A program made the position numbers and the translations under genes. A stretch of 64,000 nucleotides of DNA from NCBI GenBank assembly GCA_964458895.1, contig CAYWLC010000001.1, positions 26,984 through 90,983 on the forward strand, written 5' to 3'. This document shows, piece after piece, positions 1 to 12,400 of the stretch (its first letter is position 1; each line of letters starts with the position of its first letter). The notes beneath the pieces are model-generated. The model was not told the DNA's origin, did no database searches, and was given only the letters and a program-made list of their open reading frames with translations. Source of the DNA: an uncultured Luteolibacter sp. GTDB taxonomy: Bacteria > Verrucomicrobiota > Verrucomicrobiia > Verrucomicrobiales > Akkermansiaceae.

Positions 1-1083
1 AATCTAGATGCTGCTAATAATGCAAAAGTTTTTACATATAATGGAAATGCATTATATTCAGGATTTAGTATCCCCAGTATAACTACTATTTCATACTCAT
101 CTAATGGAACTGCATCTGAAAATTTAGATTCAATTAAATTTAATGCGCCTAGAGTTTACTCTGCTCAAGATAGAGCAGTAACTATAGATGATTATAAAGC
201 ATTAATATATTCTGAAATGGCTGATATTGATTCTGTTACTGTTTGGGGTGGAGAAGATGCAACACCACCAATATATGGTAAAATATTTATTTGTATAAAA
301 CCACAAAGTGGTGATTTCTTAACTGAACAACAAAAAGATTATTTATTATACAATATTATTAAACCTAAAAAGGTTACTACAGTTACTCCAGTAATTGTAG
401 ATGCCGAATATATTAATGTACAATTAGAAGTTACCGTTTATTATAATGAGTTAGAAACTACGAGATCTATTTCTGAATTACAAACTATTATAAAAAATGA
501 AATTGAAACTTATAATCAAAATGATTTACAGAAGTTTGATGGAATTTTAAGATATTCTAAATTAAGTAAATTAATTGATAATGCTGAATCGTCAATACTA
601 AACAATATTACTACATTAACTTTACATCGTAAGATATATCCTAAGTATAATATTTCCGCTCAATATACTATTAGTTTAATCACTCCAATATATTATTCAG
701 GTGTACCTGAAGATATGATTTTAAGTACAGGATTTTATATTTCAGGTGATACAACAAAAGTATATTATCTTGTTGATGACGGTATAGGTAATATGATTCT
801 ATTTTATTATAATCAAACTGTTAGAACGGTTGTTAATTCTAAAATAGGAAGTGTAGATTATAAAAAAGGTATTATTAATATATACAATCTAAATATATCA
901 ATGATTGTGGGTTCTACTTTTGAACTTTCTATTAAACCTCAATCTAATGATATAGTTTCAGCATATACTCAAATTGTACAAATTGATCCTGCTCAAGTTA
1001 ATGTAACCGTAATATCCGATAAAACAATTAATGGTAACACTGCTGGTGGTACAAACTACATCTTTGCTTCGAGTAGAACATAA
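1..1083 (+). CDS. gp6: Baseplate wedge subunit gp6, C-terminal part (5' truncated by window)
   Basis: Frame 1 is open from base 1 and contains the RAVTIDDY..VWGGED..PPIYGKIFI motif typical of T4-like gp6; the ORF-track start at 217 is internal. Confidence 0.88.
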   Translation, partial: NLDAANNAKVFTYNGNALYSGFSIPSITTISYSSNGTASENLDSIKFNAPRVYSAQDRAVTIDDYKALIYSEMADIDSVTVWGGEDATPPIYGKIFICIKPQSGDFLTEQQKDYLLYNIIKPKKVTTVTPVIVDAEYINVQLEVTVYYNELETTRSISELQTIIKNEIETYNQNDLQKFDGILRYSKLSKLIDNAESSILNNITTLTLHRKIYPKYNISAQYTISLITPIYYSGVPEDMILSTGFYISGDTTKVYYLVDDGIGNMILFYYNQTVRTVVNSKIGSVDYKKGIINIYNLNISMIVGSTFELSIKPQSNDIVSAYTQIVQIDPAQVNVTVISDKTINGNTAGGTNYIFASSRT

Positions 1084-3332
1084 TGTCTTACATTAAACCA
1101 AAACTATCATCATTAGTAGCTGGGCAACTTCCTGAATTTATTCGGGGAGATTACCAGACATTTGTTGCATTTTTGGAAGCATATTATGAATTTCTAGAGG
1201 CAAATGTAAATACAGATTACAAAAGTTTAAAAGATATTGATAACACTTTAGATTCATTTATTCAATATTTCAAGCATGAAATTGCGATTAATCTACCTAA
1301 TCTACCTATAGATGAAAGATTTCTTTTACAACATATACGTGAACTATATCGTGCTAAAGGTACAGAAGCAGCTTTCAAATTATTATTCAGAATTTTATTT
1401 CAAAAAGATGTTGTTGTAGATTATCCATATAATAGTGTTTTAATTCCTTCAGATGGTAAATGGATTCAAGACAAATCTATATTTGTACGTGTATCAAAGG
1501 GTACACCTGATCTTATTGTAGGTAATAAGGTTAGTGTTATAACATCTACTAGTACATTTTTAATAACAATAAAAAGCTTCAAAGCGATTGATCCTAATAT
1601 TAGTGGTGACACTCAAATAGTAGAATTATTTTATGATAAAGATTATTTTAATAATATATCTGAAAATAATAAAATATTTTATCAAAATGAATTTGTTGCG
1701 GATGTATTATACACAACTACTAAAATAAATGTATTTTCAGGTGGAAAGGGCTTTAAATCAGGACAAGTATATCCTATAAGTTCTGGCCAAGGTATAGGAT
1801 CTATTGTAAAAATTAAGTCAGTAGATAGTGTTGGTGCAGTTAAAACCGCCGAATTTATATCCTTTGGTATTGGTTATGAAACTAATTTTTATGCGTATAT
1901 AACTTCAGATCAAGCACGTAAGATTACTTTTTCACAATTACCATTTACACTATCATTCTCTGGTTCAGGTCCAATTGATTGGAATGGTACAATTAGAGAT
2001 AATACCAAGGAGTTTATAGATTATGGTGTTATTACAAGACCAAACTATAATATAGATATAGCTACTCCTGCTATTGGTGCATTATATGTAGGTGATGTTG
2101 TACAGACATTTAATAATTCTACAACATATTCAAGTACTATAATTGATGAAGAAGATATTTCTATTCTTTATATTACAATAGGAGCAGAAGCAAAATACAC
2201 AGGATATTTTAAAACTAATGAAGGATTTATTAGTGATAATATTTATATTCAAGATAGTAAATATTTTCAAAAGTTTGCATATGTTCTTAAAATAGATGAG
2301 CAACTTAGTAAATATGAATCATTTGTTAAAACTTTAGTTCATCCAACAGGTAATGCTTTATTTGGTGAATATTCTATTACTAATGAATTTAATTTAAATG
2401 AATTTGTTCAATTAGTAATTAAATCTTCAAATTTAAAGTTTGATGACAAAGTTACAATGAGTGATAGTCATTGGTTACATTTTAGTAAATTATTGAATTA
2501 TGAAAATGGTAATGCTACTTATGTAACATCTTCTATAAATAATGACTGGGTTACTAGACCTAATGGAACTAATGGTGTTAAATTTAATGTTGCGTTAGTT
2601 GGCAGACAAGCTACTACATCTAAAGGATCAGTTGGTGTTTGGTTCCAAATAGCTCAAGTTGGTAAGCAATTAACATCAAATTTTGGTTTATTGGAAAAAT
2701 ATTTTAAAATTGCAAATACAGGAAATTCTGTAACAGGTTCTGTTGGTCAACTTAATAAAAACTTTGAAATTAATAATACCGGTAATTCTATAACATTAAG
2801 TAAAAATACAGTTGCACCACGACAAGCAATTAATGTTGGTGTAACTGGTATTTCATCAACTTCATCTAATAATACTTTATCAAGAAGTATGATAAAGGGA
2901 TTAACAGGTTATGCTGTTACATCATCTGTAGGTCCATTATATGGTGGAAACGCTGCAATGATAAGTGGTTTTTCTTTAATTACTGCACTTGGTAATGAAA
3001 GTGTTTCCATGACGGAAACTAAATCTCTTATAGGATTTAGTGCATCAACTAGTATAGGTTCTTTTGTACCTAGTATGGTAATGGTAAAATCATTACCGGC
3101 AAATTCAGCATCAACTAGTATAGGATCTGTATCAAAATATGTTACTGTTTCTATAAGTGGATTTGGTTTAACATCTGGATTTGGTGCTTATACTCAGATA
3201 ATAAATAATACATTAACAGATACTACAACACCAAGTGATAATGGTTATGTGGCATACAACGCTTATATATTCGGTCCTGATGTATATTTCAGTGATTCTA
3301 CAGAATATTTCGAAGGCAAAACGAGTTTTTAA
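1083..3332 (+). CDS. Baseplate wedge protein (gp7-like) with C-terminal Ser/Thr/Gly repeat extension
   Basis: QLPEFIR..FLEAYYEF, YRAKGTE..F.LLFRILF and IQDSKYFQKFAYV..VHPTG motifs; lies between gp6 and gp8. Confidence 0.7.
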   Translation: MSYIKPKLSSLVAGQLPEFIRGDYQTFVAFLEAYYEFLEANVNTDYKSLKDIDNTLDSFIQYFKHEIAINLPNLPIDERFLLQHIRELYRAKGTEAAFKLLFRILFQKDVVVDYPYNSVLIPSDGKWIQDKSIFVRVSKGTPDLIVGNKVSVITSTSTFLITIKSFKAIDPNISGDTQIVELFYDKDYFNNISENNKIFYQNEFVADVLYTTTKINVFSGGKGFKSGQVYPISSGQGIGSIVKIKSVDSVGAVKTAEFISFGIGYETNFYAYITSDQARKITFSQLPFTLSFSGSGPIDWNGTIRDNTKEFIDYGVITRPNYNIDIATPAIGALYVGDVVQTFNNSTTYSSTIIDEEDISILYITIGAEAKYTGYFKTNEGFISDNIYIQDSKYFQKFAYVLKIDEQLSKYESFVKTLVHPTGNALFGEYSITNEFNLNEFVQLVIKSSNLKFDDKVTMSDSHWLHFSKLLNYENGNATYVTSSINNDWVTRPNGTNGVKFNVALVGRQATTSKGSVGVWFQIAQVGKQLTSNFGLLEKYFKIANTGNSVTGSVGQLNKNFEINNTGNSITLSKNTVAPRQAINVGVTGISSTSSNNTLSRSMIKGLTGYAVTSSVGPLYGGNAAMISGFSLITALGNESVSMTETKSLIGFSASTSIGSFVPSMVMVKSLPANSASTSIGSVSKYVTVSISGFGLTSGFGAYTQIINNTLTDTTTPSDNGYVAYNAYIFGPDVYFSDSTEYFEGKTSF

Positions 3333-3353
3333 TAAATTTTAGGAGTTTTATAA

Positions 3354-3794
3354 ATGATTAGTGATATACTGTCAGTTAAGGGTGATCTTGAAATCACTCT
3401 ATTAGATGATAAAGGAAATATCAAACAACATATGGCAATACCTAATTTAATTGTTACAGTTGGTAAAAATCATATTGCAGCAAGGTTACAAGGTACATCT
3501 CAAGGTGTAATGTCATATATGGCAGTTGGTTCTGTTTCTACAACACCAACTGTCGGTGATTTAGCACTAAATACAGAAATTGCAAGAGTAGCATTAGCAA
3601 CGTATACAAATACCAATAATACTGTTCAAGCAACTGCAACGTTTGCAGGCGGTACTGGTACTGGAACTTTAAGAGAAGCAGGATTATTTAATGCGAGTTC
3701 AAGTGGTACAATGTTGGCTCATACAACTTTTCCTGCGATAACAAAAGCAAGTAGTGATACACTTTCCATTAATTGGACTATTACAATTGCTTAA
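3354..3794 (+). CDS. Virion structural protein (baseplate/fibre-associated)
   Basis: AGGAG RBS; NLIVTVG..MAVG..EAGLFNA..G.MLA pattern common in phage tail-associated proteins. Confidence 0.6.
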   Translation: MISDILSVKGDLEITLLDDKGNIKQHMAIPNLIVTVGKNHIAARLQGTSQGVMSYMAVGSVSTTPTVGDLALNTEIARVALATYTNTNNTVQATATFAGGTGTGTLREAGLFNASSSGTMLAHTTFPAITKASSDTLSINWTITIA

Positions 3795-3824
3795 TAATAA
3801 AAATTACTCAAAAAGAGAAAAATA

Positions 3825-6386
3825 ATGGCAGAAACAGCATTAATAAAGTCAAGTTTACACAATTCAGTAGCTGATAGTGTATATAATGATGTTATAACAA
3901 AAGGGTCAAATTATTATTACTTTTTGGGTAAAACTTTATCTTGGGGCGATGAAAATAATCCTCCCCTGCCTATAGATTCTGCATCATATGAACATGATAC
4001 ACGAAATGAAATTATTTCATTAAAAGCAATTAGTCCAAATGATGTTGCATATGTAATACCAAAAATAGATTGGATATCCGGCACAATTTATGATCAATAT
4101 GATGATTCATATTCTACTGAAGTTCAAGGAATTGATTTAATTTCAGGTGGAGCAGGTTATGTTGTAGCACCTACAATAATTATAACTGGAGTAGGTCAAG
4201 GTGCTTCTGCAACTGCAACGGTATTGGATGGTATAATTACTAGTATCACACTAACAAACAAAGGATACGGATATACTGAAACACCGGTAGTAACTTTTGA
4301 CGGAGTAGGCAGTGGCGCCACAGCAGCTGCAGTTGTTATTATAAGTCAAGAAGGTATACAAAGATTAGAAGATACTAGTTATTATGTTTTAGGAGATAAT
4401 TATAATGTATATATGTGCATTGATAATAATAATGAAGCACAATCTACGCAGCAACCCTATGGTGCTAGTGCAGAAACAATAACTACAAATGATGGTTATA
4501 TTTGGAAATTTATATACAATATTCCTATTTCTCTTAGAAGCAAATTTCTTACAAATTCTCATATGCCTATTCTTACGGCATTACAGCAACAATTTTATTC
4601 AAAAGGTAATATACAAATAATTAAAATTGATGCTAGAGGTTCAGGATATACAGGTGCAATTTTAAATGTTATAGGTGATGGTTATCTAGAAGCAGATCCA
4701 TTGTATGTTTTAGGTGCAACTATAACAGAAGTAGGATCTGGATATGTTGCTCCAACTATATCTATTGAACCTCCATTTAGTAATTCAACTGCGTGGGTAT
4801 CTGGTGCAACTGTAGTTTTAGAACAATTAATAAAATATAATAATAACTATTATAAATCAGTTATACCAGGAACATTTACTACATCAGGACCCATACATGT
4901 TAGTGGTATAGTATCAAATGGAACTGCTGCTTTACAATTTATTGGCGCACTAGCTACCGGAACTGTTACAAAAAATGGCGGAGGTCAATTAAGTTCTGTT
5001 ACTTTAAATAAAAATATTGCAACTATTGATGTTGCAAATACAGGATCTGGATATACTAATACACCGTCTGTTACTATTTCAGGTTCGGGTGGAGGAACTG
5101 CAAGTGCGGTAATACAAAATGGTTCATTAAATATGGTAGTTGTTACAGGAATTGGATCATATACAATAACACCTACTGTAACTATTGGTACTTTATGGAC
5201 AGCAACTACATTATATACAACTAACCAGCAAATATTTTATGCAAATAGATTGTATACAGTTACTGTAGGTGGAACTACAAGTTCTTCTGCACCAACTCAT
5301 GTAAGTGGAAGTGCAGCAAATGGAACTGCAACTCTAACGTACGCAGGTATAGCTGCAACTGCATCTATAACTATGAAATGTGGAGCAGGATATTCTAAAC
5401 AACCTGTTATTACTATTAGTGATGTCGCAGGTGTAAATGGTTTAATAACCGCAACAACTACAATATCAAAAGCACGATTAGTACCAATAATAACAAATGG
5501 TCAAATTATTGGTGCACAAATTATTGAAGGAGGAATAGGTTATTCTGTTGCTGCTATAGATATAAATGGTGATGGAACAGGAGCACAATTAACTGCTTCA
5601 TTATCAATTGGTGATATTAATTCACTACAAGCAAATGTAGAGTTATTGACGGTTTTTGGTAAGTTGATGAATATTCCGGTAGTTTCAGGAGGATATGGAT
5701 ATACATCTGCTACAATTGATATAATAGGAGATGGTTCGGGAGCTACTGCTACAGTAACAGTAACTGCAGGTAGAGTTACAAAAATAAATATAGTAACTCA
5801 AGGTTATGGATATACTTGGGCAAAGGCTACTATATCTGGAACTGGTACAGGTGCTACTGCTCGAGCAATTATACCTCCTTATGGTGGTCATGGTAAAAAC
5901 GCGTTAAATGAATTAAAAGCAAGTGGTTTGATGTTTTTTAGTGACATATCAAACTATAAAAACCAAGGGTTTACAGTTAATAATGACTATAGACAAATTG
6001 GTATTATTCGTAATATGTATAGATATGCCACTACTTATATTGCTACAACTGTATTTGAAACTGCATGTTGGGTAGTTTATGCTAATACTAGTACTACTGT
6101 GTTTGCCGCAGATTCTTTAATTGCAGAATTTACAACTAATTCAAGATTTAGAATTGTAACAAATACAGGTAGTGCAATGTTATTACAATCGCTGGATAAT
6201 TATACATTGGATGTTGGCAAAGTTATGTACCTTGTATCAAATAATACGCAAACATTTACTATGCTTGATGTTGCTCCACCAACTATTGATAAATATTCAG
6301 GTGATTTAATGTATATAGATAATAGACAGGCATTTACACCTACTGAACAACAAACAGTTACTCTTAGAACAATAATTGGATTCTAA
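3825..6386 (+). CDS. gp8: Baseplate wedge subunit gp8 with large repeat insertion
   Basis: YYYFLGK..W, W.SGTIYDQY, YNVYMCIDNN, DGYIWKFIY, NDYRQIGII and SGDLMYIDNR motifs. Confidence 0.8.
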   Translation: MAETALIKSSLHNSVADSVYNDVITKGSNYYYFLGKTLSWGDENNPPLPIDSASYEHDTRNEIISLKAISPNDVAYVIPKIDWISGTIYDQYDDSYSTEVQGIDLISGGAGYVVAPTIIITGVGQGASATATVLDGIITSITLTNKGYGYTETPVVTFDGVGSGATAAAVVIISQEGIQRLEDTSYYVLGDNYNVYMCIDNNNEAQSTQQPYGASAETITTNDGYIWKFIYNIPISLRSKFLTNSHMPILTALQQQFYSKGNIQIIKIDARGSGYTGAILNVIGDGYLEADPLYVLGATITEVGSGYVAPTISIEPPFSNSTAWVSGATVVLEQLIKYNNNYYKSVIPGTFTTSGPIHVSGIVSNGTAALQFIGALATGTVTKNGGGQLSSVTLNKNIATIDVANTGSGYTNTPSVTISGSGGGTASAVIQNGSLNMVVVTGIGSYTITPTVTIGTLWTATTLYTTNQQIFYANRLYTVTVGGTTSSSAPTHVSGSAANGTATLTYAGIAATASITMKCGAGYSKQPVITISDVAGVNGLITATTTISKARLVPIITNGQIIGAQIIEGGIGYSVAAIDINGDGTGAQLTASLSIGDINSLQANVELLTVFGKLMNIPVVSGGYGYTSATIDIIGDGSGATATVTVTAGRVTKINIVTQGYGYTWAKATISGTGTGATARAIIPPYGGHGKNALNELKASGLMFFSDISNYKNQGFTVNNDYRQIGIIRNMYRYATTYIATTVFETACWVVYANTSTTVFAADSLIAEFTTNSRFRIVTNTGSAMLLQSLDNYTLDVGKVMYLVSNNTQTFTMLDVAPPTIDKYSGDLMYIDNRQAFTPTEQQTVTLRTIIGF

Positions 6387-6426
6387 TAAATAATGATAAC
6401 AATACCTTTAGGACAAAGAGAGAATC

Positions 6427-9400
6427 ATGTTAGATTTTAATACAGAACCGTACTACGACGATTATAACGAAGATAAAAAATTCTATAAAATATTGTTTCG
6501 TCCAGGATATCCTGTTCAAGCAAGAGAATTAACACAACTTCAAACAATTCTCCAAACTCAAGTTAAAAGACATGGCGACCATATGTTTAAGCAGGGCTCT
6601 ATGGTTATTCCTGGAGAATTTGCCGTTGACACAAAATATAGTTATATAAAAATAGATCCTACTTATGGCGGAGTTAATGTAAATGATTTTATAGAATCTT
6701 TTATAGGTAAACAAGTTGTAGGTGTCACAAGTGGTATTACTGCAGAAGTTGTATATGCTACTGCATATAATAATACTGATCCAGCAACTTTATTTGTCCG
6801 GTATATAACTGCTGATACTGCTGCAGCTTCTCTTCCATTTGGTAATGCTGAAGTAATATCACTTGCAGATGAAACACATTCTGTACAATCTATCTCTTCA
6901 AATGCTACTGGTACGGGTTCTGCCGCTATTATATTAAGAGGTGTATATTACATTAATGGATCTTTTGTTTTAGTAGATAGTCAAACAGTTATATTAGACA
7001 AATATTCAAATATACCTTCTTATAGAATTGGATTAACTATTAATGAAACTATCACTAGTGAATATGAAGATGAGTCATTATTAGATAATGCGCAAAATAG
7101 TTATAATTATTCTGCTCCTGGCGCACATAGACACAGTATAGATTTAGTTTTAACAAAACTATCTATTGGTTCATCCACTGATTCTAATTTTGTTGAGTTA
7201 TGTCGCGTTATTAACGGTAAAATAATAAGCATAAAAAGCGGTACAGATTATGCACAATTAGAAAAAACACTAGCAGAAAGAACTTATGATGAATCTGGAG
7301 ACTACACAGTTGTTCCCTTTGGAATAGATGTACGTGAACATAGAAATAATGACAGAAGTAGTTGGGTATCTGGTAGATTGTATTTATTAGGAGATATTGT
7401 TTTAAATAGTAATAAATTGTATACTGCTAGAAATACAGGTACATCAGCAGGAGCAACAGGACCAACTCATATTGTAGGTAAAGTATATGATGGTACAACT
7501 ACTGGAGTTCAATGGGTATATACACCAAAGCCAGATTATAATAGAGGCATATATGATTCCTTTGGTTCTGTAATTTCTATAGAAGTAACAAAACAAGGTT
7601 CAGGATTTTTATCTGCGCCTGCTATTAGTTTTTCAGGTGGTAATGGTACAGGTGCTTCTGCAGTAGCTAAAATTAATAGTGAAGGCAAATTAATTGGTAT
7701 TGATATTATTAATCAAGGTTCAGGATATACGTCTAATCCCACAGTTATTATAACAAGTGATAGTGGTATAAATGCTGAGGCACTTTCATATGCTAATTTT
7801 GGTGATGAATCAAAACTTGCTATTGGTATGGAAGCAGGCAAGGCATATGTTCACGGACACAAAATTCAAAAACCATCTACAGAATTTGTAGATGTAGATA
7901 AAGCAAGAACATATAATTCTGTAAATAATGCTAAAACACCTACAACTGTTGGCAATTATATTCTTGTTACAAGATTATTAGGTATACCAGATTATAAAGT
8001 TAATACAACCATTAACATTTATGATCAACTTAATGGGGCAGGTACTATAATTGGTACTTGCAAAGTAAGAGGTGTAGAATGGGATAATGGTTTAGTATAT
8101 CAAACATCGACAATATATAAATTATTTGTATTTGATATTGTTATGAATGTTGGTAAAACTTTAACTGGATATGCAAAATCATTTGGTATATCTGGATTTG
8201 TAGCTAATATTAGTCCTATTTTAAAGAGATTACCTGGAACAATATCAGGTACAACAACAGCAATTACTGGTTCTGGAACTAACTTTCTTGCATCATTAAG
8301 AATTGGTGATTATATTTCTAGTGCTGGACAAGTTAGACGTGTTACTGCAATTGCAAGTAATTCTGCGTTAACTATTGATTCAAATCTCTCGACTGCTCTT
8401 AGTGGAACGCCTTTTTCAATATTGTCTACAGATATTGTTGAACCTAATAATTCAGGATTGATTTTCCCATTACGAAATTCATTTATTAAAGCTTCATCTG
8501 ATATTAGTTATACTGTATTTGAAAGATTTGCTGCTAAAACTATAACTGCCGGTCAAGTAACGTTTGATACTACAGATACTGGCGAATTTGCTTCTTCTGC
8601 ATCGTATGAAAATTACCTATTATCTACAGCATCAGCAGTTGTTCCAATTACAAGTATAACTGTTGCAGGAACGCAAGTAACAATATACGTAGATAGTGCA
8701 TATAATGGGCAAATCGCAGTTTTATCTGCTGCAGTTAATAAAACCGGTGCTACATCAACCAGAAAAACTAAAACTTCAACTATTACTCAAACAGCATATA
8801 CTACTGCCGCTGCTGGACAAGCCTCGATTTTAAATCTAGGGTATGCTGATGTTTTTAAAGTTTTATCAATTAACATGAAATCAGGTACATTTGCTGCTCC
8901 TAGTGGTGCTTATGATATAGATATTTCAGATAGATATGATTTTGATAATGGTCAAAGGGAAACACATTATGATTATAGTCGTTTAACATTAAAATCATCT
9001 TTCTCTCCACCTACAGCTCCTGTTCAAGTATTTTTTGAATATTTTGCACATGGTACTGGAGATTATTTTACTGTTGAATCATATACAGGAGTAGCATATA
9101 ATGAAATTTCATCATTTGATGGATTCCCATTAAGAGATGCTATTGATTTTCGTCCAGCATATAATGGTTCTTCATGGACATCTACTACATTTTTACCAAA
9201 AAGAGCTGTTGATGTAAACATAGATTATGATTATTATTTGCCCCGACTAGATAAAATCTATCTTAATTATACAGGTAATTTTGTTAATATTAAAGGTACT
9301 CCAAATATACCTCTTTTACAACCAGTGTCTCTGTCAACTGGTATGGAGTTGTATTCATTAACTATTGCTCCATATACGTTAGATACTACTACTAACAATG

Positions 9401-12400
9401 TTATTTTCACAAAAACTGAAAATAAACGCTATACTATGCGTGATATAGGTAAACTAGAAAAACGTGTTGAAAATTTAGAATATTATACAGCTTTGTCATT
9501 GTTAGAACAAGAAACAACTACACTAAAAGTAACAGATAGTTCAGGTTTGGATAGATACCAAAATGGATTTATTGTAGATAGTTTCAATGGTCATGGTGTA
9601 GGTAATACGTTCTCACCTGATTACTTATGCGCGATTGATCAAGAAAATAATCAATTGCGACCATTTTATACAATGCAAAATATTAATATAATTGAGAAAA
9701 ATAAAACTGAAGGTGCTAGAACATCAAGCAGTTATAAAATGTACGGTGATATTATAACTTTGCCAGTAGTAGATCATGTTAAAATTGCAGAACAAACTAT
9801 AGGTTCAAGAACTGAACTAATTAATCCATTTGCAATTTTTACTTTCTTAGGCAAAATGGAATTAACTCCGTCATCTGATGATTGGTTTGAAATAAACCGT
9901 AAACCGGATATTATTAATAATGTTGAAGGTAATTATAATACTATTAAAGTATTAGCAGAATCTTCAGGTGTTCTTGGTACTATTTGGAATGCTTGGCAAA
10001 CCCAATGGTCTGGAACACCTGTAATTACTAATACATATGGTGGACAACTAGCTAAACAAGCTCAAGCCCGAGGATTAACAGGAGAAAACTTTTCAACAGG
10101 TGGTAATTGGAGTATTTATGCAGGTTCTTATACTCTTACAACTTCAACTGCAACTACAAAAGGACAATCTAGAACAGGCGTTAATACAACCCTAGTTGCT
10201 AGAGTAGATACTCAATTGACAGAAGACAGAATTGTTTCTTCGGCAGTTATTCCATATATTAGATCTAGAAATGTATTAATTCAAGCAAAAGCTTTAAAAC
10301 CAGGAACACGATTTTATCCATTTTTTGAAAATATAGATATATCTAAATATTGTACTCCTTCCACAAAATTAAATCTTGGAACTTCTGTTAGTGGAATATT
10401 TGATCATAATTCTAATGTTGGTGGAGATTCTTCAGGGACTAAACGTAGAATAAATGGTGATACACAAGTTTGTTTAACAAAAGGTGATATTATATTTGTA
10501 TCACAAAGAAGTGCTACTTCATATCAAACACCTGATTCTTCTGGATGTCCTGCTACAGCAGTTATTGTAGATGTAGAATATAATCCAACTACTGGACATA
10601 AATCAATATTTGTAGTTAATATTAAAGGTACATTCGTATCTGGTGATACTGTAAAAGGAAATATAAGTCTTGCTACTGGTACATTAACAGCCACTCCTAC
10701 AGCAAAAGTATTAGGTAACTCATTAACAACTAGTTTTAATGGTAGTGTTAGTTTGTTGTTTGATATTCCTAATACTGATAGTGTTAGATTTAGAACAGGT
10801 AAACGTGAATTTAAACTTCAAGATACTACTACACCTCTAGGATCTTTTGATTCTAGAGGCAGTAACATGTATGAAGCAAATGGAATTTTACAAACTAAGG
10901 AAGCAACATACACTGCAACAAGAAATGGTATATTAGTACAAGAACGTTTAACAGATAATCAGATTATTACAGAAACATCTGAACGGGTTGTTACAGGCAC
11001 AGGTTGGTATGATCCTCTTGCTCAAACCTTTACAATTAAAGATCAACCTGGAGGTTGTTTCTTAACAAAAGTAGATATATTCTTTGCTAAGAAAGATCCT
11101 AGCCTTTCTGTGACTCTGCAAATACGTGATACAGTTAATGGATATCCAGGTGCAACTATTTTACCTTTTAGTGAAGTTACACTAGAGACTGATAAAATTA
11201 ATTTATCTTCAACAATTGTTAGTGTTACAGGCGAAGGTATTGCACCCATACCATATCCAAAATATGATACACCCACAACATTTACTTTTAAAAGTCCGGT
11301 GTATGTAAAAAATTTAACGGATTATGCAATTGTATTAGTAAGCGATTCTATTCTTTATAGAGTTTGGATTTCTGAAATGGGCAATGATATTCCAGATTCT
11401 TCTCAAACAGTAGACAAACAACCATATGCAGGTGTATTGTATAAATCACAAAATGGTCAATCATGGACTCCATGTGATACGCAAGATATGAAATTTACAG
11501 TATACAGAGCTAAATTTGATGTAACTGCATTAGGTACTGTTGAATTTATTAATGATGTAATTCCAACTACTAAAATTACAACAGATTCAGTTGATGCATA
11601 TCCATTCCAAACAACTAGTGGTTCTCCAGTTGTTAGAATCTGGAACCAAGATCATGGTATGCCTTCAGGAAGCACAGTTAGAATTAGCGGCATAGTTAAT
11701 ACCGTAAAAGGTATTACCGCAGCTAATTTAAACGGTGATAGAATCATAGCAAATGTTGATTCAGATTCATATACAATTACTGCCGGAAGCAATGCTACAT
11801 CTTCTGGATATGCTGGACCTTCAGGTACAACTGAAGAATGGTTATTATCTAAAAATATCCAATATGATGTTATTCAACCTTCATTTGCTAATTTAAATTT
11901 CCCTGAAACTAGTATTAATTATAAAATTAGAACTGCATCTGGAAAATCTGTTGATGGTTCTCAAACACCTTATGTTTTAGATGCTGCGTCAGTTCCATGT
12001 GTTTCAAATGATTTAAATTATTTTTATACTCCAAGGATGATAGTATCTGAAGTTAATGAAGCAAATGCTGGTTTAGGTGGAATAAAACCATTAACTATTA
12101 CAGCAGAAATGAAAACTACAAAAGATAGTTTATCTCCTATTATTGATACTCATAGGGTTAGTGCAATATTGGTATCTAATAAGATTAATAAACCTTCAGA
12201 AAGTATTACCAATATTGCTGTAATTGATGAAGTATCTGTATTTACTGGAACTGGATTAACTTTTAATACTAAAACTTCAGATCTAGTATATGGACATGCT
12301 TCTATTAGTAGTACAAATGCAACATTCCGAGATAATTTAAAAGCAGTTGCTATTGGATCATATGTTACTATTGCAGGAACAACTTCATCATTAAATAATG

